Part shown: one piece after another, positions 1 to 9,205 of the stretch
Position numbering within the stretch: the stretch's first letter is position 1
Layout of the letters: every line of letters starts with the position of its first letter
Virus record (IMG/VR): IMGVR_UViG_3300006127_000058
Span: 1-32,683 of that record
Source: a virus
Lineage: Duplodnaviria > Caudoviricetes
Strand: one strand, 5' to 3'
Length of the DNA stretch: 32,683 nt
Notes under the pieces: generated by a model
The model's input: only the letters and a program-made list of their open reading frames with translations
Told to the model about the DNA's origin: nothing
Database searches by the model: none
Translations under genes and position numbers: made by a program

Positions 1-74
1 TGAAGTATTCCAGAAGTGTCAGAAGATAACGCTGCGCCACTTGTGGCTGTTCCCGCTGCTAAAGTTGTACTCAT
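1..74 (-). CDS. 5' fragment of a tail-fibre-cassette gene (runs off the left edge)
   Basis: ATG at 74-72 overlaps the TGA of the upstream gene (ATGA). It reads MSTTLAAGTATSGAALSSDTSGIL with no stop to position 1. Not in the ORF track. Confidence 0.7.
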   Translation of the reverse strand, partial: MSTTLAAGTATSGAALSSDTSGIL

Positions 75-511
75 AAAACCACCCACCTTTGTCCATTAGA
101 AACTGTAACTGTTGAGCCAGATTGGACTGTAATAGGCCCAACTGATAGCCCATTTTGTCCTGACATGATTGTATAGCTAGATGTAATTGAATTGTTATTT
201 ATTTGTATGGCTCCACTAGCCTGTGCTCCTCCCAAGCCTCCCCAACCACCAGATCCTGTATAGCCCTCATACATTGCTGTTTGGGTATTAAAGCCAATTT
301 GACCCACACTTGGAGAGCTTGGCCTTGTGGAGGTAGTCCAACTCCCTAAAACTGGAGCTGTTAGACCTTTGTTTGTCAGGGTTTGTGTACTTGTTACCCC
401 TACAAATGTGTCAGTAACTGCAGGCAATGTCCAAGTGTAGGTTCCTGTGGTGTTGTTTGCCACCACATTGACTGTTCCCCCACTGGTTTGCTGAAAGACT
501 AAGGTTCCCAT
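71..511 (-). CDS. Small tail-fibre-associated/adaptor protein
   Basis: Start moved to ATG 511 (AAGGA SD plus A-rich spacer). T/G/S-rich, with RPSSPSVGQIGFNT...YEGY motif. The C-terminal SVGPITV...RWVVL module is shared with the 893-aa fibre. Confidence 0.65.
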   Translation of the reverse strand: MGTLVFQQTSGGTVNVVANNTTGTYTWTLPAVTDTFVGVTSTQTLTNKGLTAPVLGSWTTSTRPSSPSVGQIGFNTQTAMYEGYTGSGGWGGLGGAQASGAIQINNNSITSSYTIMSGQNGLSVGPITVQSGSTVTVSNGQRWVVL

Positions 512-521
512 TTTTTTTCCT

Positions 522-3203
522 TTATAGAACAATCCATCTGCTACCAGATGGGACTGTAACTGTTACTCCATTACTTAATGATACTGGCCCAACTGAATGA
601 GCTGAATAACCAGATGGCAATGTGTAACTTGTGCCAATTGTTAAATTGTTGACAAAAAGACCATTTGAGGCAATAACCTCTGCTCCAGTGGAAGTACCAG
701 ATGCACTTACTGTAGTAAATGCTCCAGTTGTAGGAGTTGTTGCCCCAACAGTTCCATTATGAGCACCAGTAAACCCTGTGGCTGACAATATTCCTGTATT
801 AGGAACATAGCTTAATTTAGTGCTACTTGTTGTTTCCCCAGTGATAGTGCCTGTTGTGGCAGTGGTCAAAGTTGGGTAATAAGTAGAACTAGAGCTAGTA
901 TTATCTGTAATGGTTATCCCTGATACTGGAGCTGTTGCCCAAGTGGGAACCCCTCCAGCCAAAGTCAAAATATAGCCATTTGTGCTTGCAGATAAGAATG
1001 TTGTGGTTCCAGATGCTGTTTGATAAGGCAAAGATCCATTAGCTCCACCACCCAAATTTGTGGCAGTTGTAGCACTGGTTGCAGTTGAGGCATTTCCACC
1101 AATAGACAAACTTGAGGCTGTGCCTGTGAGTCCAGTGCCTAAACCAGTAAATGATGTGGATGTCAAAACACCAGTGCTTGGGTTGTACTGAAGTTTTGTG
1201 GAACTTGTGTACTCTGTACTTAAACTTCCAGAGGTCTGGTTAGCAAATAATGGGTATCTGGTTGCATTAGTGGTAGTGTCATCAGTGACTGTGGCATAGC
1301 TTACTGGAGTTGCCCAAGTAGGTGCTCCTGTGCCATTTGACTGTAAAAACTGACCACTTGTGCCAACAGAAGTCAAAGCTATTGCAGAGGCTGTGGAGTA
1401 AGCCACTGATCCTGCAGAGGCTGTCAAATTAGTATTAGTTCCACCATAAGATAGGCCAACTAAATTACCTTGCCAAGAAACTGAGCCAGAAATACTGCTT
1501 GAAGTATTAAAGTTTAGAGTTGCAGTTCCCCAAGAGGCTGTGCTTGGAACATAAGAGTGAACATCCCAAGTGCCATTTGTTGTGCCATTGTTGAGGAGGA
1601 TTAGGTGCGAGGCCCCCCCAGCCTGTAATGCCAAAAGTGATGTAGATCCATCATGTGCATTAATTTGTACAGATGAATAAGTAATATTATTGTTAAAGTA
1701 AAAAGTATCCCCAACCACTAAAGTAGTGGCATCAGGCATATTAAATGTCTGTGATGTCACAGTACCATTAACAATTTGATACTGAGATGATGCAACAGTT
1801 AAATTGATTGGAGTGGATGATGCTGTGGTTGTAGTGGTATTTGGAATAAAGTTATTAGCAAATACATTTTGGTTTGAATCTCTCAAAACCACAGAATTAG
1901 CACCACTAGATGCAGTTACTCCAGTTCCACCACTGCTTACCCCTAAAGTTCCTCCCAGTGTCACAGCTCCAGTTGTTGCAGTGCTTGGAGTCAATCCAGA
2001 CAAAGAAGTCTGAAATGTGGATACAAAATTACCTGAAAGAGCAGATGTGGGAATGGTTGTAGATGCAGTCATTGCACTTGTACCATTGCCATAAACATAG
2101 CCTGTCAGGGTTGTGGCTCCTGTGCCTCCATTTGCCACATTTAAAGTGCCAGAAAGGGTCACAGCTCCTGTTGTGGCAGTATTAGGAGTAAAGCCTGTTG
2201 TGCCTCCAGAAAAGCTCAAAACACCAGTATTTGCTATGGTAATTGCTGTTGAACCATTGTAGCTAGTGCCTGAAAGACCAGTTCCAATGGTCAAAGCATT
2301 TGGATTTACAGCAGTTATAGTGGCTGATCCACCCAAACTAATGCCAGTTCCATTAATAGTGATTGAACTATTAGTCAATCCAGAATTAGGAATAGTTGCA
2401 TTAATTTGACTAGGAGCAATGCTAATAGATGTATTGGTTACAGATGTCACCTGACCAGATGCATTTGTAACAAATACTGGAACAGTTGATGCAGAACCAT
2501 AAGTGCCTGCTGTGCCAACTGGAGTAATGCTGAAAGTGTATGAGGAAAGGGTCAGCCCTGTGCCTGCAAAGTAACTGGCCGCACTTGCCAACTGGCTCCA
2601 AGTCACTGGTGTGGTTCCCAATGTTCCACCACTAGTAATAGTACATACCCAACCAGAATTCTGTTGAGTTGAGCCATTTTGAATAAATGTAAAGGCTGAA
2701 ATCAGTGAATTCCAAGTATTTGCATCACTTGATCTAGACCAAGCTCCTGAAGAGGCCACATAAATGCCATTTTGTGATGATGTGCTTTGATTCTTTACCA
2801 AAACCCTATCATTGGCTAAAGTGGTATAGCCATCTATGGTTTGCAATCCACTTAAAGTAAGGTTCCCAGTTGAGGCAACTTGGCATTCTGCTTTGATGGC
2901 ATAGCCTTGAACAAACATATCCACATAATTCTTGTTAACCAAGTCAGTTGGATTGCTTGGAGTTGTGGAAATAGTGCCTGTAACTGTAGAAATAGAGGTA
3001 AAAGCACCAGAAGATGGAGTTACAAGTCCAATTGTGGTGCTATTTATTGTGCTATTGGTGATGTTTAACCCACTTTGAGATGGATTAAAAGTAGCATAAA
3101 AAGGCTGTCCTTGCCCTATAAAAGTGTTGAAACTACCATCCAAATTGAAATATGCCTGAACAGGCAATAGATTTTGGTCAGATGTTAGGGCAGGAGCAGT
3201 CAT
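522..3203 (-). CDS. Long tail fibre protein (893 aa)
   Basis: T/S/G-rich. Contains the NLTLSGLQTIDG...DRVLVKNQ...QNGIY...WSRSSDA fibre domain and internal duplications (TPxTATTGAVTLxGTLxVxxGGTG x2; TDxT...YP...TSSTKLxYxPxTG x2). Confidence 0.8.
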   Translation of the reverse strand: MTAPALTSDQNLLPVQAYFNLDGSFNTFIGQGQPFYATFNPSQSGLNITNSTINSTTIGLVTPSSGAFTSISTVTGTISTTPSNPTDLVNKNYVDMFVQGYAIKAECQVASTGNLTLSGLQTIDGYTTLANDRVLVKNQSTSSQNGIYVASSGAWSRSSDANTWNSLISAFTFIQNGSTQQNSGWVCTITSGGTLGTTPVTWSQLASAASYFAGTGLTLSSYTFSITPVGTAGTYGSASTVPVFVTNASGQVTSVTNTSISIAPSQINATIPNSGLTNSSITINGTGISLGGSATITAVNPNALTIGTGLSGTSYNGSTAITIANTGVLSFSGGTTGFTPNTATTGAVTLSGTLNVANGGTGATTLTGYVYGNGTSAMTASTTIPTSALSGNFVSTFQTSLSGLTPSTATTGAVTLGGTLGVSSGGTGVTASSGANSVVLRDSNQNVFANNFIPNTTTTTASSTPINLTVASSQYQIVNGTVTSQTFNMPDATTLVVGDTFYFNNNITYSSVQINAHDGSTSLLALQAGGASHLILLNNGTTNGTWDVHSYVPSTASWGTATLNFNTSSSISGSVSWQGNLVGLSYGGTNTNLTASAGSVAYSTASAIALTSVGTSGQFLQSNGTGAPTWATPVSYATVTDDTTTNATRYPLFANQTSGSLSTEYTSSTKLQYNPSTGVLTSTSFTGLGTGLTGTASSLSIGGNASTATSATTATNLGGGANGSLPYQTASGTTTFLSASTNGYILTLAGGVPTWATAPVSGITITDNTSSSSTYYPTLTTATTGTITGETTSSTKLSYVPNTGILSATGFTGAHNGTVGATTPTTGAFTTVSASGTSTGAEVIASNGLFVNNLTIGTSYTLPSGYSAHSVGPVSLSNGVTVTVPSGSRWIVL

Positions 3204-3562
3204 CAGAATGAAAAGCAGTTAATAAGCAGAATATCGCCTGCATTCATTGTGGCACTTGTACCATCAGCATTTTTGAATGATGCCAAAGTAACAGAGTTCT
3301 GAGTAAATGCTGTTTGCAATAAATAAACAGTGTTTGCCTCAGATACATTGTTAGCTTGAGCAGACCATCCATTTGGTGCTGTTGGTAAAGTGATAGTGCC
3401 TCCAGTAGAGCCACCAGAACCAATCTTTACTTGGAAACATTTTGTGTTAGCTCCTGTCAAAGTTGGACTTGTTCCAAATCCAGTTTGAATGGAGGGACTA
3501 CCAGCAATGTTGTTTACCTCAGTAACATTGTAAGAAGTTGTGTAAGCTACTTGATTGGTCAT
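3203..3562 (-). CDS. Putative virion structural protein
   Basis: Beta-rich 119-aa ORF, translationally coupled within the late operon. Confidence 0.55.
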   Translation of the reverse strand: MTNQVAYTTSYNVTEVNNIAGSPSIQTGFGTSPTLTGANTKCFQVKIGSGGSTGGTITLPTAPNGWSAQANNVSEANTVYLLQTAFTQNSVTLASFKNADGTSATMNAGDILLINCFSF

Positions 3563-3912
3563 GATTGATCTGCCACAGGCATTACATATAGAGTATTAGC
3601 TGTCCCAACTGCACTCAAATTGAATCCATTTGCAGGCACTGCAATCACAGTTGGCTGAGACATAGATATGCCCAAGACAAATGATGTTGAGGTGTTGCCT
3701 GCAGTGGGCAATACTGCTGAAGGTGCAGTAATGCTTGTAGGATTTAAAGGAGCAATTGAAATGGCAATAGGTGTAGAGCCAGTATTCAAAAATGCACAGT
3801 AATTGATTTGGTCATTGCCAACAGGAACAATGCTCAAAGAATTACTAGCAGTTGTGGTTACTGCAACAGCATAGGTCTGGCCTATAGGTCTGTAAACACT
3901 GGTATTAGCCAT
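3559..3912 (-). CDS. Putative virion structural protein
   Basis: 117-aa ORF, coupled, with virion-type composition. Confidence 0.55.
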   Translation of the reverse strand: MANTSVYRPIGQTYAVAVTTTASNSLSIVPVGNDQINYCAFLNTGSTPIAISIAPLNPTSITAPSAVLPTAGNTSTSFVLGISMSQPTVIAVPANGFNLSAVGTANTLYVMPVADQS

Positions 3913-3914
3913 AA

Positions 3915-4250
3915 TTAAACTGCTGTTACTGGTAATGGGCCTTCAGCTCTGGTGATCTGGATTACATATTGACCAGATGCAGGCACTGCTGATGCACTAG
4001 CTGTCAAATTACCATACTGAATTGTTAAAACATTGTTTGTTAAACAATCAGCCTCTGCGATAAAGACACCAGCAGTTTGATTACCAATTACACCTTGAAC
4101 AATGATTAAATCAGTGGTCAGGAGGCCTGGCACTGTATAAGTAACTGCTGTTGTGGTGTTGGCCGCTAGTGTGTTAGAGGCATTAGAAAATGTGGGAGAA
4201 ATGTAGAAAGTGCTTAAAGCATTTCCCCTTGCAATTGTGGTAGAGGGCAT
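3915..4250 (-). CDS. Putative virion structural protein
   Basis: 111 aa, AAGGA SD upstream, beta-rich. Confidence 0.55.
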   Translation of the reverse strand: MPSTTIARGNALSTFYISPTFSNASNTLAANTTTAVTYTVPGLLTTDLIIVQGVIGNQTAGVFIAEADCLTNNVLTIQYGNLTASASAVPASGQYVIQITRAEGPLPVTAV

Positions 4251-4290
4251 GTTTTTTTCCTTTGAAAATTGAAATTGTACTGTTTAAAAC

Positions 4291-4324
4291 AGAAAAAGCT
4301 ACCCCTTTTGAGAGTAGCTTTTCT
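4291..4324 (-). terminator. Intrinsic terminator after the coat/decoration genes (possibly bidirectional)
   Basis: Minus-strand GCTACTCT-CAAAA-GGGGTAGC stem-loop followed by TTTTTCT. A T-tract also follows on the plus side. Confidence 0.7.
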
Positions 4325-4342
4325 TCTTTTTTTTAAGCTGTA

Positions 4343-4789
4343 TTAGCTAAAGTCATAGCCATAAACATATACATCACCAGTTCCAGTAGCACCTGATGCA
4401 ACTGTCACATTGGCATATAAAGTTTGGTTAGCATAAGACAAACTGGTTGAGCTTGAATCTACATAGGCAGTTCCTAGTGTGGAAGTTGACAAAGATGCAA
4501 GTTGAGCAGTTGTTAGAGCACCAAATAAACTTGATGGTGAACCAGAGTTTACTGTTGCAATGCCTAGTGCTGTGCTAGTTGACAAACTTACCACTGATCC
4601 ATTGTTGTTTACATTGGTAACAATCAACTCTTTTGGCAAATATGCTGTGGAGTTGTTAACAGGGATTGGGGTAAATGCAACTGCATTCAAGTTAACACCC
4701 TTTGCCACACCAATCAAGCGCAAAGCCTGATTAGTGGTGACATTACTTGGGTGTGCTGAGACTGTGGTTGCTGGTCCGGGATTACTCAT
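4343..4789 (-). CDS. Probable capsid decoration/minor head protein
   Basis: Directly downstream of coat and before the terminator; beta-rich, ends DVYVYGYDFS. Function inferred from position. Confidence 0.55.
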   Translation of the reverse strand: MSNPGPATTVSAHPSNVTTNQALRLIGVAKGVNLNAVAFTPIPVNNSTAYLPKELIVTNVNNNGSVVSLSTSTALGIATVNSGSPSSLFGALTTAQLASLSTSTLGTAYVDSSSTSLSYANQTLYANVTVASGATGTGDVYVYGYDFS

Positions 4790-4820
4790 TTTTTATTTCC
4801 TTTAATGTAAATGTTAATGA

Positions 4821-6074
4821 TTAAGCCGCGATTCTGCAAGCAAGCTCTTGGTACAGCGGTGCCCAACCATACAGAACATCAAGCCTTGTTGGGATTGAAT
4901 CGTTGTTGATGGTGTATTGGCGCACAACACGCATGGACAAACCAACTTCCTTGTCAGAGGCTCTGCCTGCAAAGTGCACACCCTCGGGCAACTCAAGATC
5001 AGCTACCGCTAACGTAAATGCATTGCGATGGAAGAGCATGTTTTGTGGTGACAATGTGCCAGTGTTATTGAATGGTGTAACAACTGCTGTTGAAGATGTT
5101 GTACCAATAATAATAGAGTTCTGGAACTGACCACCAGTGATGACTGCAGGGCTAACTGTAATGTTTGTAGCTGAAGTTCCAACTGTTGTAGTGGACTGAA
5201 TTACAAAATTACGCAATTTGCCAGAGCCATAAGCCTGTCTGTTTTGTGGGTTAGTTGCATACACACCAGCAATCTGGATCACATCACCAGCATTCAATGT
5301 AGATGCTGTAGATGCTTTGATCTGGATTGTTGAATACTGTGACCAACCACTGTTCAAGTAACCAATTTGGCCTGTAGCAGTTGTTGTGTCAGCAGAGAGT
5401 GTGTTTCCACTGTAAGAGCCAAAGGTTTGACTGACCACGTTTTGATCCAATTTCCAATTGGTCCCAGCGCTGTCCCGGCCCATAAGGCCTTTGCGGTATT
5501 GCTCCGCTATCGCCTCTTGTGGCATGAACAAACCTTTTAGTGAATCAACAATAGTTGCTGATGTAAAGGGTTCAACAATACATGCTCTGCGACCATCTCT
5601 TGGTGCACCTTCTGCATCAAGATATGCGCCAGCAGTTAGATAGGTGATGAGGCCTGTGGGGGGTGTCCCGGCCGTCCCGACGATATTTGCTGTTTGCAAA
5701 GCCGCCATCTGTAATCCATCACGGTCTATCTTATTTGCAATAGCAGCTACTGCGGGTTTCAATACGCGGTCACTGAACATATCGAGTGATAGGGCCAGGT
5801 CTTGCGTAGTAAATTGCGTATCCACGTGAAATTGCGTTGATAGAGTGACCGGCACCGAAGTTTCATTGAAGTCCTCTACGTTGAGTGCGGGCCCGGTTGT
5901 ACCAATGAAGCGACCAGGTCTGCGGACATTGACTGTATTGCCGATCTTTCCGCCAACTACGGCAAACTGATCGTCATAGTTGCGATCAACTTCACTTGAA
6001 AATGTGAGTTCGTTTTCTAAGACCATTAATGCTTCATTAGTGATCTTGGATATCGTTAGCAAATTATTTGCCAT
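4821..6074 (-). CDS. Major capsid protein, P22 gp5-like (HK97 fold)
   Basis: MANNLLT...ITNEALMVLENEL, KIGNTVNVRRP and C-terminal RLDVLYGW match the P22 coat family; follows scaffold. Confidence 0.92.
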   Translation of the reverse strand: MANNLLTISKITNEALMVLENELTFSSEVDRNYDDQFAVVGGKIGNTVNVRRPGRFIGTTGPALNVEDFNETSVPVTLSTQFHVDTQFTTQDLALSLDMFSDRVLKPAVAAIANKIDRDGLQMAALQTANIVGTAGTPPTGLITYLTAGAYLDAEGAPRDGRRACIVEPFTSATIVDSLKGLFMPQEAIAEQYRKGLMGRDSAGTNWKLDQNVVSQTFGSYSGNTLSADTTTATGQIGYLNSGWSQYSTIQIKASTASTLNAGDVIQIAGVYATNPQNRQAYGSGKLRNFVIQSTTTVGTSATNITVSPAVITGGQFQNSIIIGTTSSTAVVTPFNNTGTLSPQNMLFHRNAFTLAVADLELPEGVHFAGRASDKEVGLSMRVVRQYTINNDSIPTRLDVLYGWAPLYQELACRIAA

Positions 6075-6103
6075 TTCTGTTCCTTTAAAAAGTTAAAAAT
6101 TGT

Positions 6104-7015
6104 TTACCTTATCTTTCCCGCTTTCCTGAGTTCTTTCCACTGTGATGGAGTGCCATTAAAATTCCCATTTGAATCTATTGGCACTTCAACATTAGAACCC
6201 CCTCTAATAGGATTGATAGGTGCTGGTGCATTGCTCTTTCTAACAGTAGGCTTTTGTGTCTCTGTAGGCTTTTCAAATCTAGCCTCCAATCTGCCAACTT
6301 CTCTCAAAGCACTAATCAATGACATCTTGCCAATTTTTTCTGCTACTTCAGGATTCTCTGCTAAGTGATACAAGATCTTTGGCCCAACATCACTTTCCAA
6401 AATAGCATCCCTAACTTGATCTGAAACAGTCACATCTGATGATGCAATCATTTCCTCATAATCAGGAAGTTCAGCCTTTGCTTGCTCTAACTTAGAACTC
6501 CAAGATGATAAAACCTTGTCTTTCTCTGCCTTTGCTTGCTTTTGCTGTTCAGCAATATCTCTGTCTTTTAGTGCCTTTTCAGTTGAGTATTTTGCTAATG
6601 CCTTTGCATATTCAAATGCATCAGTAAAATCACTAGGCTGTGGTTCTTTATCAAGGTTTTCTGCCACTTGGGGCTTACTAGCTTGTTCAAGTTCTTTAAG
6701 CCTGTTCTCTAAAGCCTCTCTTTGTTCCCTTTCCTTTTGAGCCTCTGCTCTGGCAAGTTCCCTTTCTTTGATGACTTTATCAAACCTCTTTTCAAGTTTT
6801 GGCTTTCTGACACCTTCCTCTACTGGTTTGGTTTCCTCTTGTGCCTCTGGTAAACTCTGATCCTCTTTTGTCTCTGTCAGCTCAGGTTGCTCAACCTCTG
6901 GTGAGGGAGTCTCTGCAGGGTCAGGACTTTGGGTCTCAGCTAAACCAAGTTTGTTAGCATAAAAATCACCTGAATTTTCTGAAGTAATTACATTACTTGC
7001 TTGTCTATCACTCAT
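6104..7015 (-). CDS. Scaffolding protein
   Basis: Acidic coiled coil between portal and coat, with ESDVGPKILYHLAENPE and a basic C-terminus. Start moved to ATG 7015 (GAGGAA SD). Confidence 0.8.
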   Translation of the reverse strand: MSDRQASNVITSENSGDFYANKLGLAETQSPDPAETPSPEVEQPELTETKEDQSLPEAQEETKPVEEGVRKPKLEKRFDKVIKERELARAEAQKEREQREALENRLKELEQASKPQVAENLDKEPQPSDFTDAFEYAKALAKYSTEKALKDRDIAEQQKQAKAEKDKVLSSWSSKLEQAKAELPDYEEMIASSDVTVSDQVRDAILESDVGPKILYHLAENPEVAEKIGKMSLISALREVGRLEARFEKPTETQKPTVRKSNAPAPINPIRGGSNVEVPIDSNGNFNGTPSQWKELRKAGKIR

Positions 7016-7067
7016 GAGTTTCCTCAAGTATTTTGCCTAGTCTGCCTGACTAGTAAGGTTTGTGGGC

Positions 7068-7096
7068 AATATAACCCAAAATTATAAGGCTGTCAA
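7068..7096 (-). promoter_or_regulatory. Sigma70-type promoter for scaffold/coat
   Basis: TTGACA (7096-7091), 17 nt spacer, TATATT (7073-7068), immediately after the portal stop codon. Confidence 0.7.
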
Positions 7097-9205
7097 TTAT
7101 TGTTGCTGATTAGGCATAATGGATTGGTCAGCCTGCATTATTGCTTGGTACTGCTCCTGATTTCTCATTGCTATTTCCCTTTCTAGCCTTGCAGTGTCCA
7201 TGTTGTGCAAAAGTAAGTCTGTGATGGCCTCAATTTCAGACCTGTTTTGACTTGTGATGGCCTTGGTGTTCACATCATGAACCCTAGCCTCCAAAGTAGA
7301 CTCAGTGTTATGAGCCTTGGCAGTCTGCCTCATCAACTCCCTCTGTGTCTCAGCCTGTTGCTTGACTTGCTCAATATCTTGTCTTTGTTTCATAGCCAAC
7401 TGCATAGCCTGTAACTGCTGTGTGAGCTGTTGGACTTGAGCTTGGGCTTGCTTAATTGCCATCTGAGCCTGTGGAGGAATCTCAGAATGTTCATCAATCT
7501 GGGCTAATGGGTTCAGAGTTGCAAGTCTGTCTGCAATCACCTCAGCACCTGGGAAGTCCATGTTCCTGAACACCAAGTCTGCAGCGGCATTGAACAATTG
7601 CTCATTTCCAGACAGCAATGGCATCATTGCCTCAACTGCCTCTTGACGCTTGGAGTTATACCCTGGGCCTGTCTCCATCACCACATCATATTGGCCTACA
7701 GTCACATCATTCATGACTCTTCCAACTGCATCCCTTTGATTAATGGTCAAAAGGTCTGGCTTTCCATCATCACCAATAATCCTCATTACCCTTTCAGTGT
7801 CATAAATATGAGGAATTAGATCCAAAATGATCTTACCAATATGGGCTATGGACTTGGTTAAATTGTCATAAAGGTCAAAATTGGTCAGATCAATCTGCAT
7901 TTGTTGACCATTTAGAGCCTTTCCAGACATATTGCCTGGGAGCTGTTGGCTTGGGTCATAAATGCCAATAATAGTAGCCATGTCATCATTGATCTGACTA
8001 GCGGCAGTCATAATCCCTGCTGGAGGAGGCTCTGGCTGAAGTCTTGTTGGAGGAGGAGCTGGGTTTCCATCAATATCAGTCTGCTTATATCTCAAAGTAG
8101 CCATTGACTTGATGTTGGCACTTGCCCAATCATTCTCATGACCCTCATCTTGACCCTCTGCCATGATCCATTTAGCCTTTGGAGCCAAGGCCACAGATTC
8201 AGTCATGGATGTGACCCAGAAGTTGTACATGCGCTGGCTGTCCTTCGCATGTCTCACCATTCCAAACTTTTTCCTCTTGTCACCAATGACCACATGCCTT
8301 CCATAAACTGGAACAATTGGGATGTAGTAGCCAGGCCAATCTCTCTCCTCCAAGACCTCAATTGCTGTCAGTTTTTTCCATTTAATGGTCTTTTTGACAC
8401 TTGGCCTTTCATCCACTATTTCTAGCCCAGATCTCTTAATCTTTTCAAAAAAGTCCTTGGAATCTGCAAATCTAGCAGAGCCATCACTCAATAAATAGAG
8501 TTTGGCTTTTTCTCTGACTGTGTAAAAGTATTCTGCAACCCTAATATCTTCCCTAGTAATCCATTCAGACTGAGTGTCTCCAGTTCCTCTAGAGGTAAAG
8601 GAAGTGTCTTGGGCATCTGGATACATCTGCTTAAACACAGATTTAGGCATCATGGATGTAATCAGACACTTTTCTTGGTCTGAGCCATCAACTGCTATAG
8701 AGTTGGGATCCATATAAACAGTAAAGGGATTGTCAATAGGATCTATGTAGATTTCTTGGTCAAAAGAATCTTCCCTTACATATCTATGGTCAACTCTGAT
8801 ATATCCCCAACCCATGCGTACAGCATAGTTATAAGCATTGTCATAAGCATTATCTGCACTGGAATTTACCTCTATGTGCCTGACCATTCCTTGGACTACT
8901 TTTGCATCTGCCGCGTCCTCCACAGTATTTGTGGCATGAACCTTAATCCTTGGCCTTTGTTGTCTCTGTTGGTTAGTTACTTGTCTGCAATAGCCATCCA
9001 GTTTATTAATAGTCAAAACTGGTCTGGACTCTAAGTTTCTTGAGTTTTGTAGGTCAACAGGCCATTGATCCCCCCCAGATGCAAACTTGAGATCTTCCAA
9101 AGCCTCTTGTCTGTTCATGGTGTCTGCATCATTTGCAAACTTTAGAAATTGTTTGGCCTCATCAATGATGGGGTCATAGTCTGTTTCTTGAGGATCTAGT
9201 GCCAT
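7097..9205 (-). CDS. Portal protein, P22 gp1-like
   Basis: 702 aa with GDQW, RPVLTINKL, YIPIVPVYG, GMVRHAKDSQRMYN, SGKAL and YDVVMETGPGY, plus a Q-rich C-terminal barrel. Confidence 0.92.
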   Translation of the reverse strand: MALDPQETDYDPIIDEAKQFLKFANDADTMNRQEALEDLKFASGGDQWPVDLQNSRNLESRPVLTINKLDGYCRQVTNQQRQQRPRIKVHATNTVEDAADAKVVQGMVRHIEVNSSADNAYDNAYNYAVRMGWGYIRVDHRYVREDSFDQEIYIDPIDNPFTVYMDPNSIAVDGSDQEKCLITSMMPKSVFKQMYPDAQDTSFTSRGTGDTQSEWITREDIRVAEYFYTVREKAKLYLLSDGSARFADSKDFFEKIKRSGLEIVDERPSVKKTIKWKKLTAIEVLEERDWPGYYIPIVPVYGRHVVIGDKRKKFGMVRHAKDSQRMYNFWVTSMTESVALAPKAKWIMAEGQDEGHENDWASANIKSMATLRYKQTDIDGNPAPPPTRLQPEPPPAGIMTAASQINDDMATIIGIYDPSQQLPGNMSGKALNGQQMQIDLTNFDLYDNLTKSIAHIGKIILDLIPHIYDTERVMRIIGDDGKPDLLTINQRDAVGRVMNDVTVGQYDVVMETGPGYNSKRQEAVEAMMPLLSGNEQLFNAAADLVFRNMDFPGAEVIADRLATLNPLAQIDEHSEIPPQAQMAIKQAQAQVQQLTQQLQAMQLAMKQRQDIEQVKQQAETQRELMRQTAKAHNTESTLEARVHDVNTKAITSQNRSEIEAITDLLLHNMDTARLEREIAMRNQEQYQAIMQADQSIMPNQQQ

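Noticed and set aside
1613-1619. C7 homopolymer in the tail fibre (another at ~9070 in portal) as a phase-variation site
   Set aside because: Short, in frame, encodes Gly-Gly; there is no alternative-frame evidence.
522-3203. Diversity-generating retroelement acting on tail fibres
   Set aside because: No reverse transcriptase in the window and no TR/VR pair differing only at adenines; the repeats are diverged protein-level duplications.
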